Part shown: piece after piece, positions 18,685-28,480 of the stretch
Position numbering within the stretch: the stretch's first letter is position 1
How the letters are laid out: each line of letters begins with the position of its first letter
DNA from: a virus
Taxonomy: Duplodnaviria > Caudoviricetes
IMG/VR virus record: IMGVR_UViG_3300012344_000011
Coordinates: 1 to 64,000 of that record
DNA length: 64,000 nucleotides
Direction: 5' to 3' (one strand)
Position numbers and translations under genes: made by a program
Notes under the pieces: model-generated
The model's input: only the letters and a program-made list of their open reading frames with translations
Told to the model about the DNA's origin: nothing
The model's database searches: none

Positions 18685-20976
18685 ATGTTAGAGATTAGCA
18701 ATTTATTGAAAGACAATATGCTTGACTATAGCGCAGCAGTCAATCAGTCACGTGCTATTCCTGATGCGCGAACAGGTATGAAGCCTATTCATAGAAAAAT
18801 CTTATATGAAATGTATGCAGATAAAATCAAGAGTACAGGAAAATATAAGAAATGTGCTTATATGGTCGGACAGATTATTGCGCGCTTTAGTGAGCATGGT
18901 GATGCTGCAACTTATGATGCCCTTGTTCGTTTAGCGCAACCTTGGATTCAGCGTTATCCATTACTAGACTTTCATGGTAACTATGGCTCACTCTTTGGTG
19001 ACTCTCAAGCTGCAATGCGTTATACAGAAGCAAAGCTTTCTCCTCTAGTAGAAGAAGGTATGCTATATGGACTAAATAAAGAAAATGTAGACTGGATTCC
19101 AAACTTCACTAATGAAGAAATGGAACCATCTACTTTGCCTGCGGTTTTTCCAGGTTTATTTTGTTTGCCAAATCAAGGTATTGGGTATGCAATTGCGTGT
19201 AACTTCTTAACATATAATCTTGATGAAGTTGGCGAAGCTATCAAAGCATATATCCGCACAAGCGAACCACCGCAATTGCAATATGATCTAGCGTCCGGAG
19301 GAACAATCATTAACCCTCAGATTATGGAACAGATTCATAAGACTGGAAAGGGAACTGTTATTGTTGAAAGCAAATATGAAATTGAAGATAATACTATTAC
19401 AATTTCTGAATTGCCTTTCAATGTAATGTTTGATGATGTGTTTGATGAAATTGTCAAATTATATAATAATGATGAAGTCAATGGTATTTTAAACATTATT
19501 AATAACAGCGGCAATAACAAGATGGAACTTATTATTGAATGTGTCAATGGCACTGATCCGCAAAATGTAATGAATGTTTTGATGGAAAAAACTAAGTTAC
19601 GCAATAGCTATGGTATCAATCAGATTGCTCTTGTTGACAATAAACCAAAGCTATTGTCAACAGAAGATATGATTAAGATTTATATCAAGCATAACTGTGA
19701 ATGCATCAAAAGAGAACATATGTTCGATCTTGAACGCGCGAGAAAGAGAATCCATATTCTTGATGGTTTACTTGTTGCTATTGGAAACATTGATGATGTA
19801 ATCAAAATTATCCGCTTTGACAAGACTCCTTCACAAACTTTAAAAGACCAATATTCTCTTGATGATGAGCAGGTCAAGGCAATTCTTGATATGAAATTGG
19901 CTAGGTTATCAAAACTTGAAGTTGATAAAATTCAAAATGAACTCCAAGAGAAGAAAGAAGTTGTAAATTATTGCAGCAATGTCGTTATGTCTGAAGTTGA
20001 ACAGAAGAAAATTTTGATTGACAGATTGACTTCTTTATGTAAAAAATATTTCTCTCCTCGCCGCACAGAAATTATGCAAAGAGAAATTGTAAAAAGTACT
20101 TCTAAAATTTCAAAAGAAAAGAAAGAACAGACTCCAATAGAAGTGTTAGTTGTTGTGAACAAAGATGCTTATCTAAAAGTTATTCCTGTATCTAATTTTA
20201 GGGCAACAAAAGATGTTATTATCAATTGCTTTAAGAGCGACACTATGAGTTTCATCAATATCTTTACAAATCAAGGGAGAATGTTTAGAATCAAGCTTTC
20301 TTCTATCAATCTTTGCGGACCAGCAGATAAAGGAACTGCTATTGGTAGTTTAGTTCAATTACAAAAGGGAGAAAAGATTCTTAGTGTTCAGCCGCAACAA
20401 AATGATGATAAAGATTATTTTATCTTTACAACTAAGAATGGTTTAGTCAAGAAAACTAAAACAAGTGAGTATAATGGCAATACCCAGAATTTGAAGGGAC
20501 TAAAAGCAATGGGTGTAAAAGAAAATGATGAGATTGTTTCTATCTCTCTTGGAACAGATATAGAAAATATTGTCATTACAACAAAAGATGGCTATTGTAT
20601 TCGTGTCGCCAGTGATGATTTCAATTATCAAGGTAAGACCGCAGGTGGCGTAAAGGGAATTACACTTCGTGACGGTGATTGCGTTGTTAGTTCAATTTGC
20701 TGCAATGAAGATGATATGTTTGCGGTCATTGGTTATCATGGCAACTGCAAGCTTGTCAATCAAGCAGAGTTCAACATTCAAGGGCGTGGAGGAAAAGGTT
20801 CTAAGGTTTCTGGTGAACCGATTGCTAAGTTACTGCAAGTGAAAACAAATGACACTTTGCATTTAGTAACCTCTTCAGGAACTATGTCTTTGTCTGTTAC
20901 GAAGATCCCTGTTATGCATCGTTATGATCACGGAGAGATACTTTGTAAAAAAGAAATCCTTGACGTAATTTTATAA
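18685..20976 (+). CDS. Type IIA topoisomerase subunit A (GyrA/ParC-like)
   Basis: SRAIPD..G.KP.HR, HGD, AAMRYTE catalytic Tyr, beta-pinwheel CTD repeats. Confidence 0.95.
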   Translation: MLEISNLLKDNMLDYSAAVNQSRAIPDARTGMKPIHRKILYEMYADKIKSTGKYKKCAYMVGQIIARFSEHGDAATYDALVRLAQPWIQRYPLLDFHGNYGSLFGDSQAAMRYTEAKLSPLVEEGMLYGLNKENVDWIPNFTNEEMEPSTLPAVFPGLFCLPNQGIGYAIACNFLTYNLDEVGEAIKAYIRTSEPPQLQYDLASGGTIINPQIMEQIHKTGKGTVIVESKYEIEDNTITISELPFNVMFDDVFDEIVKLYNNDEVNGILNIINNSGNNKMELIIECVNGTDPQNVMNVLMEKTKLRNSYGINQIALVDNKPKLLSTEDMIKIYIKHNCECIKREHMFDLERARKRIHILDGLLVAIGNIDDVIKIIRFDKTPSQTLKDQYSLDDEQVKAILDMKLARLSKLEVDKIQNELQEKKEVVNYCSNVVMSEVEQKKILIDRLTSLCKKYFSPRRTEIMQREIVKSTSKISKEKKEQTPIEVLVVVNKDAYLKVIPVSNFRATKDVIINCFKSDTMSFINIFTNQGRMFRIKLSSINLCGPADKGTAIGSLVQLQKGEKILSVQPQQNDDKDYFIFTTKNGLVKKTKTSEYNGNTQNLKGLKAMGVKENDEIVSISLGTDIENIVITTKDGYCIRVASDDFNYQGKTAGGVKGITLRDGDCVVSSICCNEDDMFAVIGYHGNCKLVNQAEFNIQGRGGKGSKVSGEPIAKLLQVKTNDTLHLVTSSGTMSLSVTKIPVMHRYDHGEILCKKEILDVIL

Positions 20977-21039
20977 AAATGCTATACTATAAGAGTAAGT
21001 TGAAAACTTACTCTTATTTTTTTTATAGAAAGAAGTAAT

Positions 21040-21321
21040 ATGGGGAAAAAAAAGAAACTACCTCCAAAGATGGAGCAAATAAAGGAGAGAGAAAAAGAAT
21101 GCCCGTATAATTTTATCTGTGAAGAACTCAAAGAATCTATTGCAAAAATAAAAACAATGTATGAAAATTTTGGATTGCAAATTATTTCAGAGAAAGATCA
21201 ATTAGGCAAATATTATGACAGTATAGCTCACGAGAGTAAAGAGTCTCATAAAGATTATGTTATACTTGATAATATAGCAACTGTTATGGAAGAATTATTC
21301 CAAGAGGCAGATAAACTATAG
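21040..21321 (+). CDS. Hypothetical protein
   Basis: 93-aa ORF. Confidence 0.6.
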   Translation: MGKKKKLPPKMEQIKEREKECPYNFICEELKESIAKIKTMYENFGLQIISEKDQLGKYYDSIAHESKESHKDYVILDNIATVMEELFQEADKL

Positions 21322-21332
21322 GAGAAAATTAT

Positions 21333-22412
21333 ATGAATAAATATCTTCAGTGCGGAGATTTTAAGGTTGTTCACCCGATGAAATATTGCGGGACAATAAA
21401 AGAAAAAGATGTTGAGAGGGTGATGAAGTCCGATCAATGGTATATGCAAGAAAAATACGATGGTGCTTTTTTTCAACTAATGAAAAATGACGAGGGCAAA
21501 ATCGGTCTTTTTTCAAGAACGATCTCTAGAAAAAATGGAGAGTATGTAAACAAGATTGACAATGTTCCTTGGCTAGAAGTTTGGATGCAGGACTCTCGCA
21601 TTCCAAACAATACAACTATCGTTGGAGAAATTTATATTCCTGGCGGGCATAGCAATGATGTAACAAAAATTATGGGATGCTTGCCGCAAAAAGCTATTCA
21701 GCGTCAAATAGAAACTAAAGTTCAATATATGGTTTTTGATTGCATTCTTTATGATGGATTAGATTTATGCAATATTCCTTTTAGTCATCGTTTTGAAGAT
21801 TATATTGAAGGAAAAATGAAAGATGTATTCTTCAACGACGGAGAAGCCCACCCGCAAGTAAAGATTGTTAATACTAAACACATTGCTCTTGGACAGGGTG
21901 GAGATTATTCTAATGCTCTAAAAGAAATCTTTGGACACGGTGGAGAAGGTGTCGTTTTTAAGCATAAAGACAGTCTATATCGTCCAGGTAAACGAACAAC
22001 TTCTACTCAAATGTTCAAATATAAAGAGCACATTGACAGTATTGACTTGATCATTATGGACACGCTTGATCCTGAGAAAGTCTATACTGGAAAAGAATTA
22101 GATACTTGGCAATATTGGGAAGGCGATGTTCCTGTAACTAAACCTTGGTACTATAAATGGAAAAATGCCTTAAGATTAGGAGCATATAATGATGAAGAAA
22201 AAATTGTTGAAGTTTGTAGGGTCGCTTCTGGACTCACCGACAATATTAGAGCTGAGCTGGCAATTAATCCTAACGATTATGTTGGGATTGTCTGTCAAAT
22301 TTCTTGTATGTCAGTAAATAAAGAAGATTTGACAGTGCGGCATCCTGTCTTTGAATGCTTTAGGGCAGACAAAAATCCTGAAGATTGCAAAATAAATGAG
22401 ATTTTTGTCTAA
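21333..22412 (+). CDS. ATP-dependent DNA ligase
   Basis: EKYDG, VGEI, VFD, GEGVVFK, Y.PGKR, VASGL, RHPVF..FR.DK. Confidence 0.9.
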   Translation: MNKYLQCGDFKVVHPMKYCGTIKEKDVERVMKSDQWYMQEKYDGAFFQLMKNDEGKIGLFSRTISRKNGEYVNKIDNVPWLEVWMQDSRIPNNTTIVGEIYIPGGHSNDVTKIMGCLPQKAIQRQIETKVQYMVFDCILYDGLDLCNIPFSHRFEDYIEGKMKDVFFNDGEAHPQVKIVNTKHIALGQGGDYSNALKEIFGHGGEGVVFKHKDSLYRPGKRTTSTQMFKYKEHIDSIDLIIMDTLDPEKVYTGKELDTWQYWEGDVPVTKPWYYKWKNALRLGAYNDEEKIVEVCRVASGLTDNIRAELAINPNDYVGIVCQISCMSVNKEDLTVRHPVFECFRADKNPEDCKINEIFV

Positions 22413-22550
22413 AAAACTTGTAGACAGCCAATTCAAAAAAGTATATAATATATACATTCAATAAGTAAGCAATAAATAAATAAAAAGTTTTTGCTGAAAA
22501 AACTTATAGACGGCAAAAACAAAATAATGTATAATATATTTATTCAATAA
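22411..22550 (+). promoter_or_regulatory. Tandemly duplicated promoter
   Basis: aaaaactt.TAGAC.-17-TATAATatat..attcaataa occurs twice, 86 bp apart (22421, 22507). Confidence 0.65.
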
Positions 22551-22615
22551 AGAGAAATCTTGTTGGTAAAAATAAAGTTAAGAAAAAAAATATTCAAGAA
22601 AAAGGAGAAAAGCAT

Positions 22616-22870
22616 ATGAAGATGTTTTCAGAAAATTCTCAGGCAGTACTAAAGTTTCTACAGTCTCACGATGGTCAGTACACTGCAAACGATATTGCGG
22701 AAGCGTTAGGCATTCGTCCTCAGAGCGTTAATGGCGTTGTTACTTCTCTTCAGCGCAAGCACCTCGCTGAGCGTCTAACTGTTGAGGGTTTTGAAAAGAA
22801 GGTTATTGCTTTAACGACTGCTGGTGCTACCGTTGATCCTGATATGGAGAAGGTAGAGGGCGCTGAGTAA
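22616..22870 (+). CDS. Small winged-helix DNA-binding protein
   Basis: TANDIAEALGI.PQSVNGVVTSLQRK HTH. Confidence 0.75.
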   Translation: MKMFSENSQAVLKFLQSHDGQYTANDIAEALGIRPQSVNGVVTSLQRKHLAERLTVEGFEKKVIALTTAGATVDPDMEKVEGAE

Positions 22871-22937
22871 TCAGCTTCCTTATATAAGGAGTTACAAGGA
22901 GGGGAGAGTTACTTGCTAAGTAGCTCTCCATTTTATT

Positions 22938-25202
22938 ATGGAAAATGTTATTATTACTCTTATTGTACTTCTTGCTTTCGCTTTATTAGTTATACACTTA
23001 TATAAAACAGCAAAGAAAAAGCAAAAAGTTACTAGTCTAAAAGAAGAAATAGATAATCTGAACGCTAATATAGTTGACTTGAAATGAGAATGTGAATCAG
23101 TTAACCGCGATCTAAAAGAAAAAGAACAACAGCGGCAATTGATGAAAAGCGAGCTAGAGAAACTTCAATATCAGAAGAGCAATGCAAAAGAAACATTAGA
23201 AACAATTCAAAGTGAAGTTGATTCTGCCACACAATCTGCCAATAATATTTTCTTATTGACAGAAGAAACAATCACTAAACAAAAAGAAAAGATTGAAGCA
23301 GAACTCAATACTTATATAAAAGATATTGAAGAGCAGAAGAAGCAAAAAAATTATGAATTAGAAAAGATTTGTTCTTCAATAGTTTCTTTGAATCATCAGT
23401 ATATCCAAGAGACACAAGAAAAAGAAAAACTAAATCAAAATAGATTGAATGTTTCTGAGGATAATATTAGTGATATAGAATTGTTAAATAGTATCAAGTT
23501 GAAATTTTCTAATCCTCGTATCATCAATAAACTAATTTGGCAAACTTATTATCAACCATTAGCAAAAACAAAGTTCGCAGCAATTCTTGATAATAAAACA
23601 AAAACTGGAATTTATAAAATTACTAATATAAACGATAATAAAATTTATATTGGTCAAGCGGTCAACTATAATCGGCCGATGAAAAACTTTTCCTACTAGC
23701 TGGTAGGGGTTACTAATTAAAATAGTAGCTAACGAGGAAGGGGAAATGTTAAAATTTTCTTAATCTCGTGGGAAAATTTGATTAATTCATCTTTTATAAA
23801 AATAATATATATATATGTAAGAAAGATTAAACTTACAAATAATAATTTTATAAAAGGAGATATAATAATGAAATATGTCAGTATTAAAGATACCACAGTT
23901 ATGTGTGGAATATATTTAATAGAATATCCTAATGGAAAAATTTATATAGGACAATCTCAAAATATTCATTTAAGAATATTAGAACATAATAGTAGAGCTA
24001 GAGTAGGACATAGAGGAGATAAAAAAAGAACTTCAATTATGTGATAAAAAAATTAGACAATATTTTGAAAATGGCATAACTGAATATATAATTCTAGAAA
24101 AATGTTCTATCGATGAATTAGATTCAAAAGAAGATTATTGAATTTCATATTATGATGCATTAAATAAAGAAAAAGGATATAACTTCTTAGATAAAGGAGA
24201 TGTTTCTGGAAGAAGAGGCGTTGATAATAGTAATGCATCTATAAATGAAAGTAAGTTAAAAATAATAATTGATTTATTATGCAATAATTATGAATTATCT
24301 TATCAGGATATTGCAGATAAAGTTTGCACTTCTTTATGTATAGTCCAAAGAATTAATTGGGGAAAAGCATATGTAAATCCTAATTTTCAATATCCATTAA
24401 GAAAACCGAATACTCACTTTTCTACAAGAAAAACTATTGAAGATTATTTTGTAGATAATGATAAACTCATTGAATTAAAAAAAGATTTAAAGTGGAGTTG
24501 GTGGCTTTCTATAGAAAAAGATTTGGTAAATAAATATAATATTCCTTTAAAAATAATGCATAATATAAATACTGGCAAAAATTTAAAGATATTGGAAATT
24601 ATAGTTATCCTATTAGGAATAAAAATATTAAAAATAAAAATAATTTATCTAAAGAAGATATTGAAGAATTGCTATTTTTATTAAGAACAACAAATATCTC
24701 AATGACTGAATTAGGTAAAAAATTTAATTTTGGTAGAGCAACTATTTCTAATATTAATCGTGGAATAGCATATCCTATAAAAGACTATAATTATCCAGCA
24801 AGGGTATAATCAAATAACCTGTATCGACTATTCCCTATGTCTTCTGGGCGGGGAAGTAGGGGTACTATTAGCACGTACTAGAGTTTTAGGAAACGAATCT
24901 CTTTAAATGCCGAAAAGGTTTCCTTGATTTAATCAAGTAAGAAATAGTCAGTTAATTTAATTTAAAATAAGTTAAGCGATATATATAAAAGATGGTGCGA
25001 TCATTGCAAGGCTGGATGCGGCATAGACACTCCCGCAAACAATAAATTGTATAAAGCTATGAGTCAAGATGGTTTATACAATTTTAAATTTGAATTATTA
25101 GAAGAATGTCAAAAAGAAGATCTAAACGAAAAAGAAAAATTTTATATTGATTTATATGAATCTGTAACTTATGGATATAATTCAATGGCTGGTCAAAATT
25201 AG
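22938..25202 (+). CDS. TM + coiled-coil + C-terminal GIY-YIG nuclease (316 aa); join(22938..23662,24977..25202), TGA at 23085
   Basis: Spliced product reads GIYKITNINDNKIYIGQAV|DIYKRWCDH...FELLEEC...LNEKEKFYI...GYN; N-terminal hydrophobic helix. Confidence 0.8.
23663..24976 (+). mobile_element. Group I intron with GIY-YIG HEG (23868-24809, frameshifted twice, TGA at 24139)
   Basis: Exon ends in U paired to IGS gccg, terminal G, core gctaacgaggaa/aatctcgtg, P7 gactat/atagtc. Confidence 0.9.
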
Positions 25203-25210
25203 GAGTTAGA

Positions 25211-25903
25211 ATGAGTACCGGAACAGTGAAAATTTTAGATGAAACTTGTAAAACACCAATTGCTCTAATGGGCGCTATGGCTGGTCATTGTTATGGCTCT
25301 GATACAACAGACTCTTTCAAAAATTATAAGAGAGGACTAAATTGCATCAAAAGTGGACATGGGCGTGTTTTAGAATTTGCTGATGTATACATGTTTATAG
25401 ATGGTTATTCCGCAAGGGTGATCAGAGAATTATATACACATATCGCTGGCGCGCCTACGAGAGTCCAAGAGTCAACAAGATATATAGATTATACAGATGG
25501 TTTTGGTTATGTTACTCCTCCGAGTATTAGTAAAAGACCAGACACTAAAGGTACGTATGATGAAGTAATGACTGTTATTGAACATGGTGCAGAATTACTA
25601 AAAAATAATGGTATCCCGCAAGAAGATATTGCAATGTTGCTTCCTCTTGGAATGAAAACTGGTATTAGTGTGCGGTACAATGCTCGTACTCTAAGTACAA
25701 TAGCAGAGCAACGTCTTTGTACTAGAGCCTATTGGGAATTTAGACAGCTAATGAAAGATATAATCAAAGCTTTATGTGAGTATTCGCCGCAATGGGGAAC
25801 ACTTTGTCATCTGATTATGAGTTGTAAATGCGATAAAAGTGGATATTGTATTGAGGCTGATAGCTGCGGCCGCAAGCCTAAAAAAAATATTGACAGCTTC
25901 TAA
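25211..25903 (+). CDS. thyX: Flavin-dependent thymidylate synthase
   Basis: SGHGRVLEF, QESTRY, GIPQED...LLP, QRLCTRAYWEFR. Confidence 0.9.
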   Translation: MSTGTVKILDETCKTPIALMGAMAGHCYGSDTTDSFKNYKRGLNCIKSGHGRVLEFADVYMFIDGYSARVIRELYTHIAGAPTRVQESTRYIDYTDGFGYVTPPSISKRPDTKGTYDEVMTVIEHGAELLKNNGIPQEDIAMLLPLGMKTGISVRYNARTLSTIAEQRLCTRAYWEFRQLMKDIIKALCEYSPQWGTLCHLIMSCKCDKSGYCIEADSCGRKPKKNIDSF

Positions 25904-25962
25904 AAAAAATAATATAATATCATTATTGAAAAAGTTAATAAAAGAAAGTGAGAGAAAAGCAT

Positions 25963-26892
25963 ATGCGTGAGAATTTTGAAAATAAGGTGTCAATCAAGGG
26001 ATATGTTTTTAATCATGATTTAAAGAAGAGGGTTACTGGTCCTAACTCAAAGAATCCTGGTACTTCTTTTATCAGTGGTGAATTACGTGTCGCAACAGAT
26101 GCCCAAGCAATGAATGTTGTTCCAGTAAGTTTTACTTATGTAACCGAGACATATAAGAATGGCAATCCAAATGCAACATATACTCTGTTAGAGCAGATTA
26201 TTGATGGAGCAAAAACTTTTGAAACTGATGGTATGAATGGTATGAAGATTCGTATTGACGGTGACATTGAGACGAATGATTTTGTCACTCGTGATGGTGA
26301 TATGGCTTCTCCAAAGCGTGTACGAGGAAGTTTTGCTCACCCTGAAACTGGCGATATTGCAAAGATTGGTGAAGCAAGTTTTAGGGCAGACATGCTAATT
26401 GAGAAGTATATAGAAGTTGAATCTGAGGGAAATCCATCTTATGGTTGTCTAAGTGGTTTCGTCTTCAATTTCCGCAAGGATTTTGTTCCAGTAGACTTGT
26501 GCATTCGTAATGTAGATGGTATGCGTTATTTTGATAGTCTTGATATTAGTATTAATACTCCTGTTCTTACAACGGTATGGGGTAATATTGTTTCTACAAC
26601 TATTGAGGATCGTCATGAAGTTGAAAGTGCATTTGGTGCTCCAACTGTAACAGTTACTACTCGTAGTTTACGTTCTTGGGATATTGTTGGTGCGGCGATG
26701 GAGCCAGCTGAGATTGGTGAAGATGGTGCAATGTCCAAGGAAGATATTACTAAGGGTAAGGCAATGCGAGCAGCTTATCTTGATGATGTTCGTAAACGTC
26801 ACGAGGAATATCAGAACTCTAAAGAAAATGCTATTGCTCAGCAGAGTGCAAGTAATGCAAGTCCGACGATCACTTCTGATTACCGTTTCTAA
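25963..26892 (+). CDS. Putative single-stranded DNA-binding protein
   Basis: Two OB-fold-like beta regions, aromatic C-terminus (DYRF), adjacent to Sak4-like ATPase. Confidence 0.5.
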   Translation: MRENFENKVSIKGYVFNHDLKKRVTGPNSKNPGTSFISGELRVATDAQAMNVVPVSFTYVTETYKNGNPNATYTLLEQIIDGAKTFETDGMNGMKIRIDGDIETNDFVTRDGDMASPKRVRGSFAHPETGDIAKIGEASFRADMLIEKYIEVESEGNPSYGCLSGFVFNFRKDFVPVDLCIRNVDGMRYFDSLDISINTPVLTTVWGNIVSTTIEDRHEVESAFGAPTVTVTTRSLRSWDIVGAAMEPAEIGEDGAMSKEDITKGKAMRAAYLDDVRKRHEEYQNSKENAIAQQSASNASPTITSDYRF

Positions 26893-26906
26893 GTTAGGGG
26901 ATAGCA

Positions 26907-27887
26907 ATGGGTATTGATATTTTTAGTATTGAAGAGCATAAGGTCAGTCGTGATCTAAGTGGATATATGACTTATGTTTATGCTCCCGGTGGCTTTGGTA
27001 AAACCACTTTAGCATCTGAAATGCCAAAGCCCTTGCTCCTCGCATGTGAACGTGGTTATAACGCATTGGCAGGAGTCAAAGCTCAAGACATTACTTCTTG
27101 GTCAGAAATTCGGCAAGTTATCAAGCAGCTTGCCGATCCAAGAGCAAAGGATTTATATTCTACTATTATTGTAGATACTGTAGACAAGGCTTCTCAGCTT
27201 TGCGAAAAGTATATGTGCGGCAAGCTCGGTATTGAGAACATTGGAGATGGTGGCTGGTCTGTTAATGGCTGGGCAAAAGTTAAGCGTGAGTGGGAAACAA
27301 CTTTTAACACATTGGCTATGATGGGTTATGCAATTGTTTTTATTTCTCATGATAAAGATAAGACCTTTACCCGCAAAGACGGAACATCTTATAATCAGAT
27401 TGTTCCTAGCTGTTCAAATGCATACAATGAAATTATTCGTGATATGGTAGACCTTCAAGCATATGGATTGATTGAAGATGGACAGCGTTACTTAGTTTTC
27501 CGTTCGCCTGATGATAGTATTCAGTGTAAGTCTCGTTTCAAGCATATGGCTGCACGTATTCCTTTAGGATACCAAGAACTTGTGAATGCATTGAACGATG
27601 CAATTGATCAAGAAGATGGTCAGTATGTTACCGAAGAGAAAAATGAAATCAAAGTTCCTGAAACTCTTGACTTTGTTGAGCTAGTAAATAAGTTCAACAC
27701 AATGGTTGATAAACTTCAAGAAGTTACTGGTGCGGCATTTGGTACTAACTGGGCGCCCCGCATCGTTGCTATTACTGATAAATGGCTTGGTAATGGTAAG
27801 AGAGTTGCAGACTTGACTCCTTCTCAGGTTGAGCAACTTGCAATGGTTGTTGAAGAGCTAGAAGAACAAATTGGCAACGGCATTTAG
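26907..27887 (+). CDS. AAA_24/Sak4-like ATPase
   Basis: APGGFGKTT, IIVDT, FISH, CKSR. Confidence 0.8.
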   Translation: MGIDIFSIEEHKVSRDLSGYMTYVYAPGGFGKTTLASEMPKPLLLACERGYNALAGVKAQDITSWSEIRQVIKQLADPRAKDLYSTIIVDTVDKASQLCEKYMCGKLGIENIGDGGWSVNGWAKVKREWETTFNTLAMMGYAIVFISHDKDKTFTRKDGTSYNQIVPSCSNAYNEIIRDMVDLQAYGLIEDGQRYLVFRSPDDSIQCKSRFKHMAARIPLGYQELVNALNDAIDQEDGQYVTEEKNEIKVPETLDFVELVNKFNTMVDKLQEVTGAAFGTNWAPRIVAITDKWLGNGKRVADLTPSQVEQLAMVVEELEEQIGNGI

Positions 27888-27973
27888 TCGTTAGATAAAT
27901 TTAGTAGTCGTCAGATTTTTTATTTGACGGCTACTTTTTTTTATGCTATAATTATTATGATATAGTATAGGGG

Positions 27974-28471
27974 GTGTTGTATAAGATGGAAAAATGTCCT
28001 GGTTGCGGCAAAGAGTTCTCTAAAAAAGATGAAGAATTTGAACATGTCGGAAACAGATACTATCACCTATCATGTTATAAGAAAAAATTAAAAGACGAAG
28101 AATATAAAGAAAGAATACATGAATATTGTAAGAAAATATATGGTGACATGTATGTCAAATCAAGAATTGAAAAACAAATAAAAGAACTTTTAAATGATGG
28201 AACTGGCAAAACTATCTCTGGAATATATAGGAGTTTAGTTTGGCATTATGAAAAGAACAATGGTGATGTTGAAAAATCTCATGGTAGTATTAGAATTGTA
28301 GATTATGTTTATAAAGATGCAGAGGATTATTATATAAAACAATATGAATTACAAAAAAGAAATGCGGAAATAATGAATAATATATCACAAAATGCTGAGA
28401 AAGAAATTTTTCACATCCGACCGCAAGCAATAAAGAAGCCAAAAAGAATCAATCTTTTTGAATTAAAGTAG
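27974..28471 (+). CDS. Hypothetical protein with N-terminal Zn finger
   Basis: CPGC...H..C; upstream of helicase. Confidence 0.65.
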   Translation: MLYKMEKCPGCGKEFSKKDEEFEHVGNRYYHLSCYKKKLKDEEYKERIHEYCKKIYGDMYVKSRIEKQIKELLNDGTGKTISGIYRSLVWHYEKNNGDVEKSHGSIRIVDYVYKDAEDYYIKQYELQKRNAEIMNNISQNAEKEIFHIRPQAIKKPKRINLFELK

Positions 28472-28480
28472 GAGGTGAAA

